NCBI GenBank assembly: GCA_032718475.1
Contig: JAUCBJ010006359.1
Location: 1 to 64,000, forward strand
Direction: 5' to 3'
DNA length: 64,000 nucleotides
Origin: Nemertoderma westbladi
Lineage: Eukaryota > Animalia > Xenacoelomorpha
Shown one piece after another: positions 1 through 10,753 of this stretch. Under the pieces are notes generated by a model, which was not told the DNA's origin, made no database searches, and was given only the letters and a program-made list of their open reading frames with translations. Each line of letters begins with the position of its first letter. Position 1 is the stretch's first letter. The translations under genes and the position numbers were made by a program.

Positions 1-89
1 CCGGTAGCGCATTTCTAAGTATTTACACAACATCGGTACTCGGCAAATATAACTCATCCTCAAAACAGCTCTACATATAACTGTATGTG

Positions 90-843
90 ATGTCTCGTTC
101 AACTCAGTCACGTTCTTCCTTTAATACACCTGCTACCAACAAGGAGTTAGACGGCAGCAATTCCGAAATCCTTTCTGCTATAAGCAAGCTTTCCGACGAT
201 ATCTCCTTCCTCAAGTCCGAGGTTGCGCCCCTGAAGAAAGTAATTAACGATATCACCACCCTTAAGAAGGAAGTATCGTCCATCAAAAAAGACACGTCGG
301 AACTGTCCGCCTTACTACTTCGCGTCGATCAACTTGAGATAGAAGCGGCTTCGCTTAAGTCTAGATTAGCCACATTTGATACAAAGTTCGATGACCTCGA
401 TCAGTTCTCTCGAAGGTCCAATTTCCTGATTCACGCTCTGCCAGAGAATAAAGATCACCATCCATCCAGTTCTTCACGATCTCGGGTTGCAGCCTTCTGA
501 CATAGATATCTCTCATCGTTTCGGGGTAAAGAAGAATGACCATGGCAAATCGCGACCCGTTCTAGTCTGTCTTCTGTCCCAGGCAAAGAAAATCCATGTT
601 ATGAAAAACAAGGGTTCGGTTGCATCAAACGGCCTCTTTATTACCGAACATCTGACGAAAAGACGTGCCACTCTACTCAGTACTTTAAAGGAGCACAAAC
701 GGAATGGTCTGCTTCACTCGGCATATACATTCAATGGAACCATCATGGCTAAGGCCCAGGAGGGTGTCAAACCTGTGCCAATCCACAGCGATGTGGACAT
801 CGGCACTCTAATTCGTGGTTCAGGTCTACGTAAAGGCGAGTAG
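90..843 (+). pseudogene. LINE ORF1 (coiled-coil plus RRM-like, L1/Transposase_22 type), frameshifted near 455-490
   Basis: A heptad coiled coil followed by DDLDQFSRRSNFLIHALPE in frame 87-500. IDISHRFG...RPVLVCL...LFITEHLTKRR follows in frame 487-843. These are standard ORF1 motifs split across two frames. Confidence 0.8.
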
Positions 844-1860
844 ACGTTTGGCAAATTGGCCTATTCTATACTGGTTCCTAGTATCTTTTACGTTCTTCGT
901 ACCTCTGTTGCATCATGCAGCAGTGTACTATGTACTAGTACTACTACCGCCGCCAAGATGTCGCTTTGAATAAACAGGTTCATACTTAACATACAATATA
1001 TATATCTGTACATACACATACATATACTATGTTTTGCTTTTCTAGCCTTGATCAGTTAATGGAAACTATAATATATTTTTGTCGTTTTGTCCTATATTGG
1101 AGATTTCAGATTTACTCCCTTTTCCTTTCTTTTTACTGTAGGCCTACCGGTATTGGTATACAATTAATTACCCCCAGTTAAGTTTAAATTACTCCAAGTA
1201 CCGTTTTTCTACATCGTATATACCACCAGTCAGGCAGTACCGTTTTCTATATCGTATATACCACCAGTCAGGCAGTACCGTTTTCTATATCGTATATACA
1301 CACTTACCGGTATTAATAAATAAATGTTATTTTTGTCGAATAATGCCTTTTATACCGGTACTTTGTACCAGTATTCCGGCACAAAATATTTGACCTGCCA
1401 CACATAAAAATACACTGTTGACTCTCCCGTGGGCAGTCATGTGGGGTCTGATACCTGCCTCACTGTTGCTTAAGCGTTGGCGTACTGTGCTACAGCCAGT
1501 TTCTTGTTGTATAGTGAACTAGAATTATATTGGGTGATGGTTGTTTTATATTTGTTGTCCGTTTATGTAAGTTGTATTTTGGTTTGTTTATGTAGAAGTA
1601 CAGTTTTCGTACATAGCCCGACTCGACTGACATTGCGCGTTGTTTTATTACTCACAGCCCCATTCCACTGGCCACTTTTTCTTGTTTGTTCAAACTTTAA
1701 ACTTACTAATAATGCATTATATTGTTTGCAAGCCAGTAACAACCAAATGTTTCTACATTATCCGACAAAATGTGGCGGATAGCCACAACAAACCATATTC
1801 AAAATTTTCACGTTTTATTATGGTTCTTATTGGTTTGCAAACAGTACCCAGTGGCATCCA

Positions 1861-4800
1861 GTGTATGTTTTATTAGCCACAGTAGTATATTCAATTACCT
1901 TCCAACCATCTTCCATATCGATCCTTCTTTGCGGTGATATAGAGAGTAACCCTGGCCCGCTCTCTGTATGGCACCATAATGTCCGCAGCCTTTTACCAAA
2001 ATTAAATAACAAAATCTGCACTGACAAGTTAAAAATAATTTACGACACTATCTTAGATTTAAATATTGATATTTTTATTGTAACGGAAACATGGTTTTTA
2101 AAATGTACGGCAGCTGACCATGAAAGTGAGCTGAACAAACACTCTTATAAATACTATGACAAACCCCGCGCTGACAACTCGGGGTACGGTGGTGTCGGGT
2201 TATTTATCAGGGAGTCATTACCCCATCTCAGACGCACTGGCAGGGCCTTTAACTCGCAAGGTCTAGAATTAATATTTATTGATATTTTCATCGTAAAATT
2301 AAAAGTTCTCGTGATTGGTCTTTACACACCCACCGAACCTACTGCACAGTACTGGGATACCTTGTACGATGTTATTTGTAACATCACGACAGCGTATAAA
2401 TATGATGGAATTCTTCTTTTAGGTGACTTTAATACCAACTGTTTTCACCAAACTCCTTTTCTAGTAAACAAATTCTGCTCTTTAACTGGTTTTACCCAAG
2501 TGATAAACTCTATAACTCGATCCCAATCCCAATCTTGCATTGACTTATTATTCACTAATTTACTTCCCCTGAAAATTAAGGCGGACGCACATGCTGATAT
2601 TTGTTTTGACAACAACCTTCCTATTTCTGACCACTCGCCAATTTTTATCGACTTAAACGTTGATATCAAACCGCCACCCCTTTTCATTCGTACCGTATGG
2701 GATTATGACAAAGCGAACTGGGGAGAATTCAGACAATTCCTAAATAGCAAATGTCTTAGTAGCTACTTTGGTGCACATGCCGATGACCCTGTTGAAGGTG
2801 TTAATTTTCTCACAGAGACTTTACTTGAAGGTACGAATAGATTTATTCCCAGCCACAAAATAAAAACCAGATCCAGCGACCCTAAGTGGATAAATAATGA
2901 GTTGCGCTCACTGTTCAGGCGCAGGGAAAGGCTACACAAACGAGCCAAAGGGACACCCAACAACTCAAATCAATGGGTCAATATCAGAAAATATCGAAAT
3001 TTTGTCACTCAAAAAGTTCGCTTAGCTAAGGCTTCATATTCTAGTGAATTGTATTTATCAACCAAAAGTTCCAGCAACTTAGACTCTAAGAAATGGTTTT
3101 CAATAGTAAAGTCGGTACTGGGGAAAAACAAATTATCATCCATCCCGTTCTTATTTGATGGTGACACAGCGGTGTATGAAGCCTTTGACAAAGCCCAAGT
3201 TCTAAATAACAGATTTGTCATTAATTCCACTTTACCAGGTTTATTACCGACGACCCCAGTACAATCCACACCTCAGACAGCACCACCGCTAGTACATCCC
3301 ACACACCAGCCTGTACCACCGGTGGTACTTTCTGTAGTACCTCCAGTGCTTCACCACATACCCCCGACTGTACCACTGGTAGTACATCCCACACCTCCGA
3401 TTGTACCTCCAGCAGTGCACCCCATACCCCAGACTGTACCACCGGTTGTACATCCCACACCTCCGATTGTACCTCCAGCAGTGCACCCCATACCCCAGAC
3501 TGTACCACCGGTAGTACATCCCACACCTTCGATTGTACCTCCAGCAGTGCACCCCATACCCCAGACTGTACCACCGGTGGTACATCCCACACCTCCGATT
3601 GTACCTCTAGCAGTGCACCCCATACCCCTGACTGTACCACCGGTAGTACATCCCACACCTCCGATTGTACCTCCAGCAGTGCACCCCATACCCCAGACTG
3701 TACCACCGGTAGTACATCCCACACCTCCGATTGTACCTCCAGCAGTGCACCCCATACCCCAGACTGTACCACCGGTAGTACATCCCACACCTCCGATTGT
3801 ACCTCTAGCAGTGCACCCCATACCTCTGACTGTACCACCGGTAGTACATCCCACACCTCCGATTGTACCTCCAGCAGTGCACCCCATACCCCAGACTGTA
3901 CCATCGGTGGTATATCCCGTGGAGCCTGCAGCGGTACATCCCATACCACAATCTTTACCCCCGACTTCACTACACCCCGACCCCTCTACTGTTCAGGGCG
4001 TCCCTGAAGAAGCAGTCCTAGAGCACATACAGATTTCAGAAGAGGACGTAGGTGCAGGTATTTCATCCTTAAAAACGAATGGATCTCCTGGTATCGATGG
4101 AATAAGTAACAGAGTTATTAAATCATTATCCGGCTCTTTAATAGTCGGTCTAACTATTTTATTTAATGCGTTACTTAACATTTCTATTTTTCCACAATCC
4201 TGGAAGTATTCTAATATTACTCCAATTTTTAAAAAGGGAGAATTTTATAATTCTGGCAACTATCGCCCAATTTCTTTATTAAATAACCTTTCTAAGCTTT
4301 TTGAAACTGTTGTCAGAAAGCATATCTGGAATTTCCTATGGCATAAAATATCGAAACGACAATCAGGATTTATTCCCGGCGATAGTTGCCAAAACCAACT
4401 TCTCTTCCTATACGACTCCTGGTGCCAGGCATGGGATGAAGGCGACGTCACACAAGTAATATTCTGTGATGTCACAAAAGCCTTTGACAGGGTATGGCAC
4501 GCAGGTCTCCTTGAAAAATTATATAGAATGGGAATCCGCGGTCGTTTATTGGCATGGTTCCAATGTTATTTATCAGGGCGTTGGCAGCGTGTAGTACTAG
4601 ATGGGACATGCTCACTGTTTCTGGCGGTGCTCGCAGGCGTACCCCAGGGAAGTGTGCTCGGTCCCATCTTATTTATTATTTATATAAATGACCTTGTTGA
4701 TGTATTGTCGGCAAACTGTTCACTGTTTGCTGACGACACATCTCTTTCATCTAGAATCAGTCATCCTGTTGTGCGCGCTCACTTTCTTAACCACGAACTT

Positions 4801-5895
4801 CATGAACTACACACTTGGGCTACTAAATGGCTCGTAACTTTTAACCCAGAGAAAACCATTGTAATGACTATGTGTGGTTCCATCCCCTACCAGACAGTGC
4901 CACTATATCTAAATGGTGAGGCCCTTCCGTGTGGTGAGACTCACAAACACCTGGGACTGGTATTTTCTTCCAATTTCAAGTTCAATGACCATGTCCTAGA
5001 ACTAATTAACTCAGTTTCGAGAAATCTATTGGTTCTGCGGAAAACTAAATACGTCCTATCCAAAGATGCAATACTAAAAATATACAAAACATTTATACGT
5101 CCTAAACTGGAATACGGCTGTGCGGTCTGGAACAACATATCTCAAGAAATGTCTGAACTACTTGACAATTTTGAACTTGAAATTCTAAGAATTGCCACTG
5201 GTGCTCCATCTCGCACTTCACATAGCAAGTTATATACCGAATGCAACATACAGAGTCTCTCTTCCAGGCGCTCAGCCATCTGCTTAATAACTTTTTATAA
5301 AATTATTAACAAGTTAACTCCGGAGTACTTATTTTCCAGAATCCCAATTACAGTGGGGCAAAACCCATCACATAGTTACCCTCTCAGAAACAGCGCCAAC
5401 ATTTCCCAAATATCGTACCGTAAAGACCTTTATGGCAAATCTTTCTTTCCAAACACTATAAAAAAATGGAACGATCTCCCTTTTTCAACACGTTCACTCC
5501 CTCTCCCGACGTTTAAATCCCGACTCATTTCAAATAATGTTATCAAACCATTTTACTGTGTTGGAACCCGCAAATTTCAAATCATTGTCTGCCAGTTGCG
5601 ACTGCGGTGTAGTGAATTATCTGCAGACATGGTATCCAGGCACCTTCAGGACTCACCTGAGTGCACCTCATGCGGTGCTGCCACAGAAAACGCCTTTCAC
5701 TTTTTTATAACTTGTCCGAGTTACTCTGGTGCCCGCCGTACACTGAAGGTTGGGTTGGAAGCCATGGGGGCTTCACTGTCATTAAACTCTGTTTTAGAGG
5801 GACAAGGTATATCTGCGACCGATTACAACAAATATTTCTCCCTTCTAAACACCTTTATTGTCTCTACTCAGCGTTTTCGGCTACTTTCACAATAA
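1861..5895 (+). CDS. LINE ORF2: apurinic-like endonuclease plus reverse transcriptase
   Basis: EN motifs HNVRSL, VTETW, GGVG, GDFN, CIDL and SDH. RT motifs SPGIDGI, NYRPISLL, QSGF, DVTKAFDRVWH, GVPQGSVLGP and LFADD. C-terminal CxxC-x8-H-x4-C. The frame is open from 1783, and the start codon is uncertain (GTG at 1861). Confidence 0.95.
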   Translation: MYVLLATVVYSITFQPSSISILLCGDIESNPGPLSVWHHNVRSLLPKLNNKICTDKLKIIYDTILDLNIDIFIVTETWFLKCTAADHESELNKHSYKYYDKPRADNSGYGGVGLFIRESLPHLRRTGRAFNSQGLELIFIDIFIVKLKVLVIGLYTPTEPTAQYWDTLYDVICNITTAYKYDGILLLGDFNTNCFHQTPFLVNKFCSLTGFTQVINSITRSQSQSCIDLLFTNLLPLKIKADAHADICFDNNLPISDHSPIFIDLNVDIKPPPLFIRTVWDYDKANWGEFRQFLNSKCLSSYFGAHADDPVEGVNFLTETLLEGTNRFIPSHKIKTRSSDPKWINNELRSLFRRRERLHKRAKGTPNNSNQWVNIRKYRNFVTQKVRLAKASYSSELYLSTKSSSNLDSKKWFSIVKSVLGKNKLSSIPFLFDGDTAVYEAFDKAQVLNNRFVINSTLPGLLPTTPVQSTPQTAPPLVHPTHQPVPPVVLSVVPPVLHHIPPTVPLVVHPTPPIVPPAVHPIPQTVPPVVHPTPPIVPPAVHPIPQTVPPVVHPTPSIVPPAVHPIPQTVPPVVHPTPPIVPLAVHPIPLTVPPVVHPTPPIVPPAVHPIPQTVPPVVHPTPPIVPPAVHPIPQTVPPVVHPTPPIVPLAVHPIPLTVPPVVHPTPPIVPPAVHPIPQTVPSVVYPVEPAAVHPIPQSLPPTSLHPDPSTVQGVPEEAVLEHIQISEEDVGAGISSLKTNGSPGIDGISNRVIKSLSGSLIVGLTILFNALLNISIFPQSWKYSNITPIFKKGEFYNSGNYRPISLLNNLSKLFETVVRKHIWNFLWHKISKRQSGFIPGDSCQNQLLFLYDSWCQAWDEGDVTQVIFCDVTKAFDRVWHAGLLEKLYRMGIRGRLLAWFQCYLSGRWQRVVLDGTCSLFLAVLAGVPQGSVLGPILFIIYINDLVDVLSANCSLFADDTSLSSRISHPVVRAHFLNHELHELHTWATKWLVTFNPEKTIVMTMCGSIPYQTVPLYLNGEALPCGETHKHLGLVFSSNFKFNDHVLELINSVSRNLLVLRKTKYVLSKDAILKIYKTFIRPKLEYGCAVWNNISQEMSELLDNFELEILRIATGAPSRTSHSKLYTECNIQSLSSRRSAICLITFYKIINKLTPEYLFSRIPITVGQNPSHSYPLRNSANISQISYRKDLYGKSFFPNTIKKWNDLPFSTRSLPLPTFKSRLISNNVIKPFYCVGTRKFQIIVCQLRLRCSELSADMVSRHLQDSPECTSCGAATENAFHFFITCPSYSGARRTLKVGLEAMGASLSLNSVLEGQGISATDYNKYFSLLNTFIVSTQRFRLLSQ
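1900..1959 (+). other. 2A-like ribosomal skipping (StopGo) peptide
   Basis: Encodes ...SILLCGDIESNPGP, matching D(V/I)ExNPG/P immediately before the endonuclease domain. Confidence 0.85.
3290..3950 (+). repeat. 66-bp (2x33) coding minisatellite inside ORF2
   Basis: About 8-9 near-identical copies encoding VPPVVHPTPPIVPPAVHPIPQT, with degenerate edges; the reading frame is preserved. Confidence 0.95.
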
Positions 5896-7485
5896 AACAA
5901 AACCATTAGCCCAAAATATTTACTTACTTGCTTGCATATATACCTTTTCCCTTCAACTGTCTTTGTTAGCTAATTAAATAGATTCATTTGGTAATGTAAA
6001 TTAAATTTCACTGTATGTTGCTACATTATATTATTTTTATTTTTTATGTTTATTGATGTGCCTTCTATTTTGTGGCTTGGTTGTGAGTCAGCGCGCCCGT
6101 CGGTCTAGTATATTTTTATTTTATAAAGTTTATTGTTTACCATATATTTACAACTGTCACTCCTAGCAACTCTAATCTGATATAATAACTAAGCTGGATA
6201 TAGGGCCTTATCTTTCCGAATTGTTATTGTTATTGTCAATTGTCATAATGTGACCCTGTTAAGCTTAATTCAATATACAGTCCTACCGCTAGAGAAAAAA
6301 ATAATATATTTTAATTATGGAAAACCAAACAGGATGCTAATCGGTTTTCTGCCAAAGGGCCCCATTACAAATCATTGCATCCTCTCGGGGATTCTGTCCT
6401 AATTAATTTACATCATGAATAATATATTGTTCGTATATAAAACAAGATTGGATTTTCCTATCTATCTATATTGCATCCTGATTGGTTAACCAAACTTTTC
6501 TAGCAATAAGGCACTCCCTACCGTGTCAACCAGGAAGCTATTTTTATTGGCTTGTTTCTACACGGTAACAGGTAACCTCCCTCAGCTTACTATTACATTG
6601 CCCTTCACCCGACCTTTTAATTACCACTCACCTCGCGCCATTGCAATCTAACCATCACAGCTCAATACAGATTCCCTCTCTCTCTCTCTCTCCCTCACAC
6701 TCAATAACCAGACGCTCTCCCAACAATTTACACATTATCCCTCTCTGATGGTCCCTGCCCTTCAATCCAAACAAGCTACAGCCCGTCATGCATGCCCTTA
6801 TTACTGTAATAATTACATTATTAATGAATTTATCCCGCAACAAATTGTTACTTTTTCGCTCAAATTTAGACCAAAATCGGGAGAAAAAGTTGCACTTTTT
6901 TCCCTAGGGAAAAAAAGTATCCCATAGGAATGCATTGATTTTGCATTTTTTCCCGGCGAAAAAAGTAAAATAAAATATTTTTGGTGGAATTTATTAAATT
7001 TTATTACATGTGTTGAAAGAGCATCGAAGTATAAAGTGTTTGCACGTAATTTGAGCAAAATCCATTCACACACTCAAAAGTTCTTACAACTTTAGTGTCT
7101 GCGCGGCGAACTCCAAAACGGAACTCAATATCTAATATTGGTTTATGTAGTTAAGCGGCTCTCTAGTTACGTAATAAATATTCGAGAACACTAAATTATT
7201 TAACTTTAATTCCTAATCTTGTTTTTGTCAATTCTGCCTACAGTCCCGCACGACTGCGACATGGCTTATGATTTATAGTAGGCCTACGCTTTGGTGGTAT
7301 TTATAATTGAGTCAATTTAGCATAAAACCCAAAAGTAATTTAAAATCAATTCGAACATATTTTGGGATTGTTGTCTATGTCTATGTTGTTTATGTCCAAA
7401 AAGTATATAAACCCTTTATTAACCTCGCTGGAGATCGGTAAATAAAATACCTCGAGAATAGTGAAAAAAATGTCTACTTTTCTAT

Positions 7486-8330
7486 GCAGTCGTGCGGAAC
7501 TGGAGGCCGAATTGACAAAAACAAGATATATAATTAATAATATTCTATAAAAGTTATATAAATTTTCATTTATGGCCTACTGCAATTTAATCAATGGACG
7601 TAATTTTAGCCTCCTTGTTAAACAACTTACTATATTTTATGATAGCTCTTGTGTTTAGTTAGGCCTAGCTAGTATTTTCGACAGTGGTTCCTAATTATAA
7701 TTCCCCTCCAATTTGTTTATCGTACCGTAGCTAGTACTTTTATATAGAAAGTGGCTAAAATATGTTATCTATTTATTTGAAGAAAATTAATGTTCTAGAA
7801 CAAATATTTTTGTTCGAGATAATTTTTAGATTAATGTTCTAAAACAAATATTTTTTGTTCTAGATCGTTATTTATTAAAAGAAAAAATATGGATTGTGTA
7901 TAAAACGCATGGGATCGTTCTAAAAGGCACTTAAAATCAATACAACATTTCCAATGTATTATTACATTTAAAACGTTTTAGAAAGATCTCTTAGACCAAA
8001 TCCAGACATTAATTGTCTCAAAATGAATAGGTAACATATTCTAGCACACTAGAGCACACAAAAAGAAGTCAGTACTAGCTATGATTAAAAAAAAATTGGG
8101 AAGGGAAATATAAGCGGGGAACCAGTGTCGAAAATACTATAGCTAGGCCTACCTAAAACACTATCTACCATAAAATATAGTAGCTTGCTAAACGAGGAGG
8201 ATACTATTGCGTCTTTTGACAAAATTGCAGCAAATTATGATTTCTAGAATTCGACCCATATTACGATTTCTTAATCTTGTTTATGCAAAATTCTACCTCT
8301 AGTCAGCCTTCAGTCCCGCACGGCTGCATG
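7486..8330. mobile_element. Degenerate foldback/MITE-like element
   Basis: Arms at ~7486-7740 and ~8066-8330 are reverse complements (e.g. taggcctagctagtattttcgacagtggttcc vs ggaaccagtgtcgaaaatactatagctaggccta). A further copy of the terminal ~42 bp lies at 7217-7258. Confidence 0.6.
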
Positions 8331-8480
8331 GCCTATTAGTTAAGGTACGCCTTGAGAATCAAAATTAAAGTCATGTGGTTAAAAAATTAGTGTAATATTT
8401 AAAAAAGTCTACGTAATGGTTCAATGGATGGTAACTGTAATTAATTACTTATAAATTATTATATCAAATGACCACATAAG

Positions 8481-8772
8481 ATGCCGCGAAAAGGACATAA
8501 GGTACAACACCCCATAACATCAATTCTAGACCGACCGTACTCGGAAATACCGCCCGTAAATAACATATTGAGGGGGTTGCCCCATGGAATTCGAGACAAG
8601 AAATACGACAACACACCGGACGTAGTTACGAGAGAATTTAACGAGCCGCATAGAAGGGCAAAGAAATATTGGAAACCATTGCTGGGTTGCCCCTATCCCT
8701 ACAACCTACCAAACTCCATTGACGATGCGCCATACTACACCCACAGAAATATATCCACCAGGTACAGCCACG
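8481..8772 (+). CDS. Candidate antisense gene, exon 1 (unknown protein)
   Basis: ATG-initiated 97-codon ORF, more GC-rich than its flanks, ending CAC G|gtgagt (strong phase-1 donor). Confidence 0.55.
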
Positions 8773-8856
8773 GTGAGTGAGTGCAATCTTATCTGTGATG
8801 AAATAGCAAATAATTACACCATGTCCCAGAACATAGTGTCGCAATTCAGTGACACG

Positions 8857-8890
<34 letters not shown>

Positions 8891-8999
8891 TTTACCTAAT
8901 TTACTAGCTACCAGCTTTTAAAAATGTGTCTCCGACGATATTTCACCAGATACATCGCAGTTATCCTTCAACCTTATAGTTATTTGTTGATACGGTTAC

Positions 9000-9262
9000 A
9001 AAGCTGGCCACGCATTGATTCCAAATATGGAAAGTAATCATGCAAGGATTCCAAATATGTAACTCCATCTGAAATTCGTCGTAAAATAACCTCGCGCAAA
9101 TGCAAAAGCATGCAACTTTTGAACACCCAATCAATTGATATGTAATTATGATTCAACGGTAATTGTAACGAAATTTAAATTGTAACATATTTTGATTCCT
9201 TGCATGATCAGCTTTTTGCATGGCCAACATTCCATATTTGGAATCATTGCATGGCCAGTTTT
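9000..9262. mobile_element. Small hairpin MITE-like element
   Basis: aaagctggccacgcattgattccaaatatggaa at the left end is the inverse of ttccatatttggaatcattgcatggccagtttt at the right end; internal subrepeats are also inverted. Confidence 0.6.
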
Positions 9263-9902
9263 CTAAAATTTGGAATCCTTGCACGAGCACCTAAAGTAAA
9301 TTTTTTTAAATTAGGCAGCAGCTTATTTTTGGCCATAACTTCGCGAGTTTTAAAATCTGTGCCAGTTTAGGGCTCATTCTGTACGATTTTATTCAAATCC
9401 ACTTCCAATTTTATAATCTTATTATTTGTTCTCATTAAAAAACGCTGTTAAAAAAATACATCTTTTTCAAAATTATGTTTCAAAATTCGAGATTTTGCAC
9501 TCTAATAGAGCAATAATTGCTGGTTTCAAAAATTTATGGGTTTAGCGCTTATTATTTAGCGGCTTTGCAGTAATTACGTCTCAAATGCAACCAAATCGAT
9601 GGTTTATCTGTAATAAATTATCGGAATCGTGTAATGTTAAATAAACGCATTTCCTTTCAGTAATTTAAATATTGTGGAAAGTTTCCATACAGTAGGCCTA
9701 CATATGTTCTGTTGTTATGTTCTCAGGTTAAATTCTATGGGATGTTTGAACATGAACATATATTAGATGAGATACCGTACAGTTGTAAACAGTACTGCGG
9801 CAGTAAATAATCTATGCCAAGTTATCAAAATAACGCGATAAATAGGAAAACAATAAAAACTTTCATTTTGTAATCCATTAATGTACTCTACTCATTACAC
9901 AG

Positions 9903-9947
9903 TGTTACATCCATCAATAATATACAAAAGTATTTCCGACCACAATG
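9903..9947 (+). CDS. Candidate antisense gene, 45-nt symmetric (phase 1-1) exon
   Basis: ctcattacacag|TG...AAT G|gtgagt; open in the required frame (LHPSIIYKSISDHN). Confidence 0.4.
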
Positions 9948-10249
9948 GTGAGTCTGCTACCAAAAAATGCAATAGGTTTCAATAGTAATTCAATAATAAT
10001 TACAGAAAAACATCGATTTGAATTTGAGTCATAATTATTGCAATGCAACGAAATAAAAACCTCTAAACCCATATATTTTTGAAACCAGTAATTATTGCTC
10101 TAAGCAAAAAAAGCTTATTATTAATTAATTATTAATCTTATTAAGATTTGTGGAAATATTTGAGGGGGGGGGGGGGGGGGGGGGGGTGGGGGGGTACCTG
10201 AATAGCGACACTATATCCTAACAGTTCTGTCCTCATCTTATATTTCTAG

Positions 10250-10375
10250 GTTGGAGTAGCGTGCTAGAACGTTTGGAATCAGCTGCGAGAATGGCCATGG
10301 GGGTAATAGGAATAGATAATGACGCATCTCTTGTAAAAAAAGCTGGAATGCTTTTGGTAGTAGGAAGTCTTGTGG
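10250..10375 (+). CDS. Candidate antisense gene, internal exon
   Basis: tatttctag|GT TGG...GTG G|gtaggt, phase 1-1; encodes WSSVLERLESAARMAMGVIGIDNDASLVKKAGMLLVVGSLV. Confidence 0.55.
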
Positions 10376-10554
10376 GTAGGTAAATAAATATTTGGTGTAA
10401 GTATAGTGCTTATAAAGTATATAATGCCAAACATTGTCGATATGCTATAAATCACTGTCACAACAGAGGAGATACAACTTGGTCAAAGGCGTGTGGCCTA
10501 CAATCTGTTAATTATTACGATCCTAATATTGGTTACTAAAATATTTTGTTACAG

Positions 10555-10625
10555 GGTTGAGCGGATGGCTAATGTTAGACCTCGCGCATTCCATAATGGC
10601 TTCCCGTGACAACAACCAAGACTAA
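10555..10625 (+). CDS. Candidate antisense gene, terminal coding exon (completes a C-terminal hydrophobic segment)
   Basis: ttttgttacag|GG TTG AGC...GAC TAA, phase 1; splicing gives AGMLLVVGSLVGLSGWLMLDLAHSIMASRDNNQD*. Confidence 0.5.
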
Positions 10626-10626
10626 C

Positions 10627-10753
10627 CGTGATAGGTTCTCCTTTACAGTCTGACGAAGAATTTCCAACACATCAGTGATGCAGGTTACCAAACACAGTTT
10701 GTTCTCTTTCATAGACTTCAGAGTAGCATCTTTTAAAACGCTATAAATATTAC
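10627..10753 (-). CDS. WDR59: WDR59-like exon (end of RWD domain)
   Basis: attgcag|GT AAT...TCA CG|gttagt. NIYSVLKDATLKSMKENKLCLVTCITDVLEIL aligns without gaps to recalled human KLLKILKDTALQKVKRGQSCLEPCLRQLVSCL. Its phase matches the 24521 donor. The 3' donor is less certain. Confidence 0.8.

Larger units (their letters stand above)
1..6445 (+). mobile_element. Near full-length non-LTR retrotransposon (APE-type LINE, CR1/L2 group); 5' end probably lies outside the window
   Basis: L1-type ORF1 remnants (90-843), a ~1 kb spacer, and a 1344-codon ORF2 with endonuclease, RT and C-terminal Cys/His motif, followed by an AT-rich 3' UTR. The 3' boundary is approximate. Confidence 0.9.

Noticed and set aside
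1195-1300. ~38-bp tandem duplication in the LINE inter-ORF spacer
   Set aside because: Ordinary slippage duplication (about 2.6 copies) with no further structure.
3221-3970. Antisense ORFs (249, 197, 98 aa) over the ORF2 repeat
   Set aside because: Shadow frames of the 66-bp minisatellite.
6503-9802. Alternative Bcl-2-like model using exons near 6503-6564 and 9727-9802
   Set aside because: Only loose BH1/BH2 resemblance (no NWGR, no WI..GGW). The 9727 exon is phase-incompatible with the better-supported 8481 exon and lies inside a foldback. Kept only as a remark.
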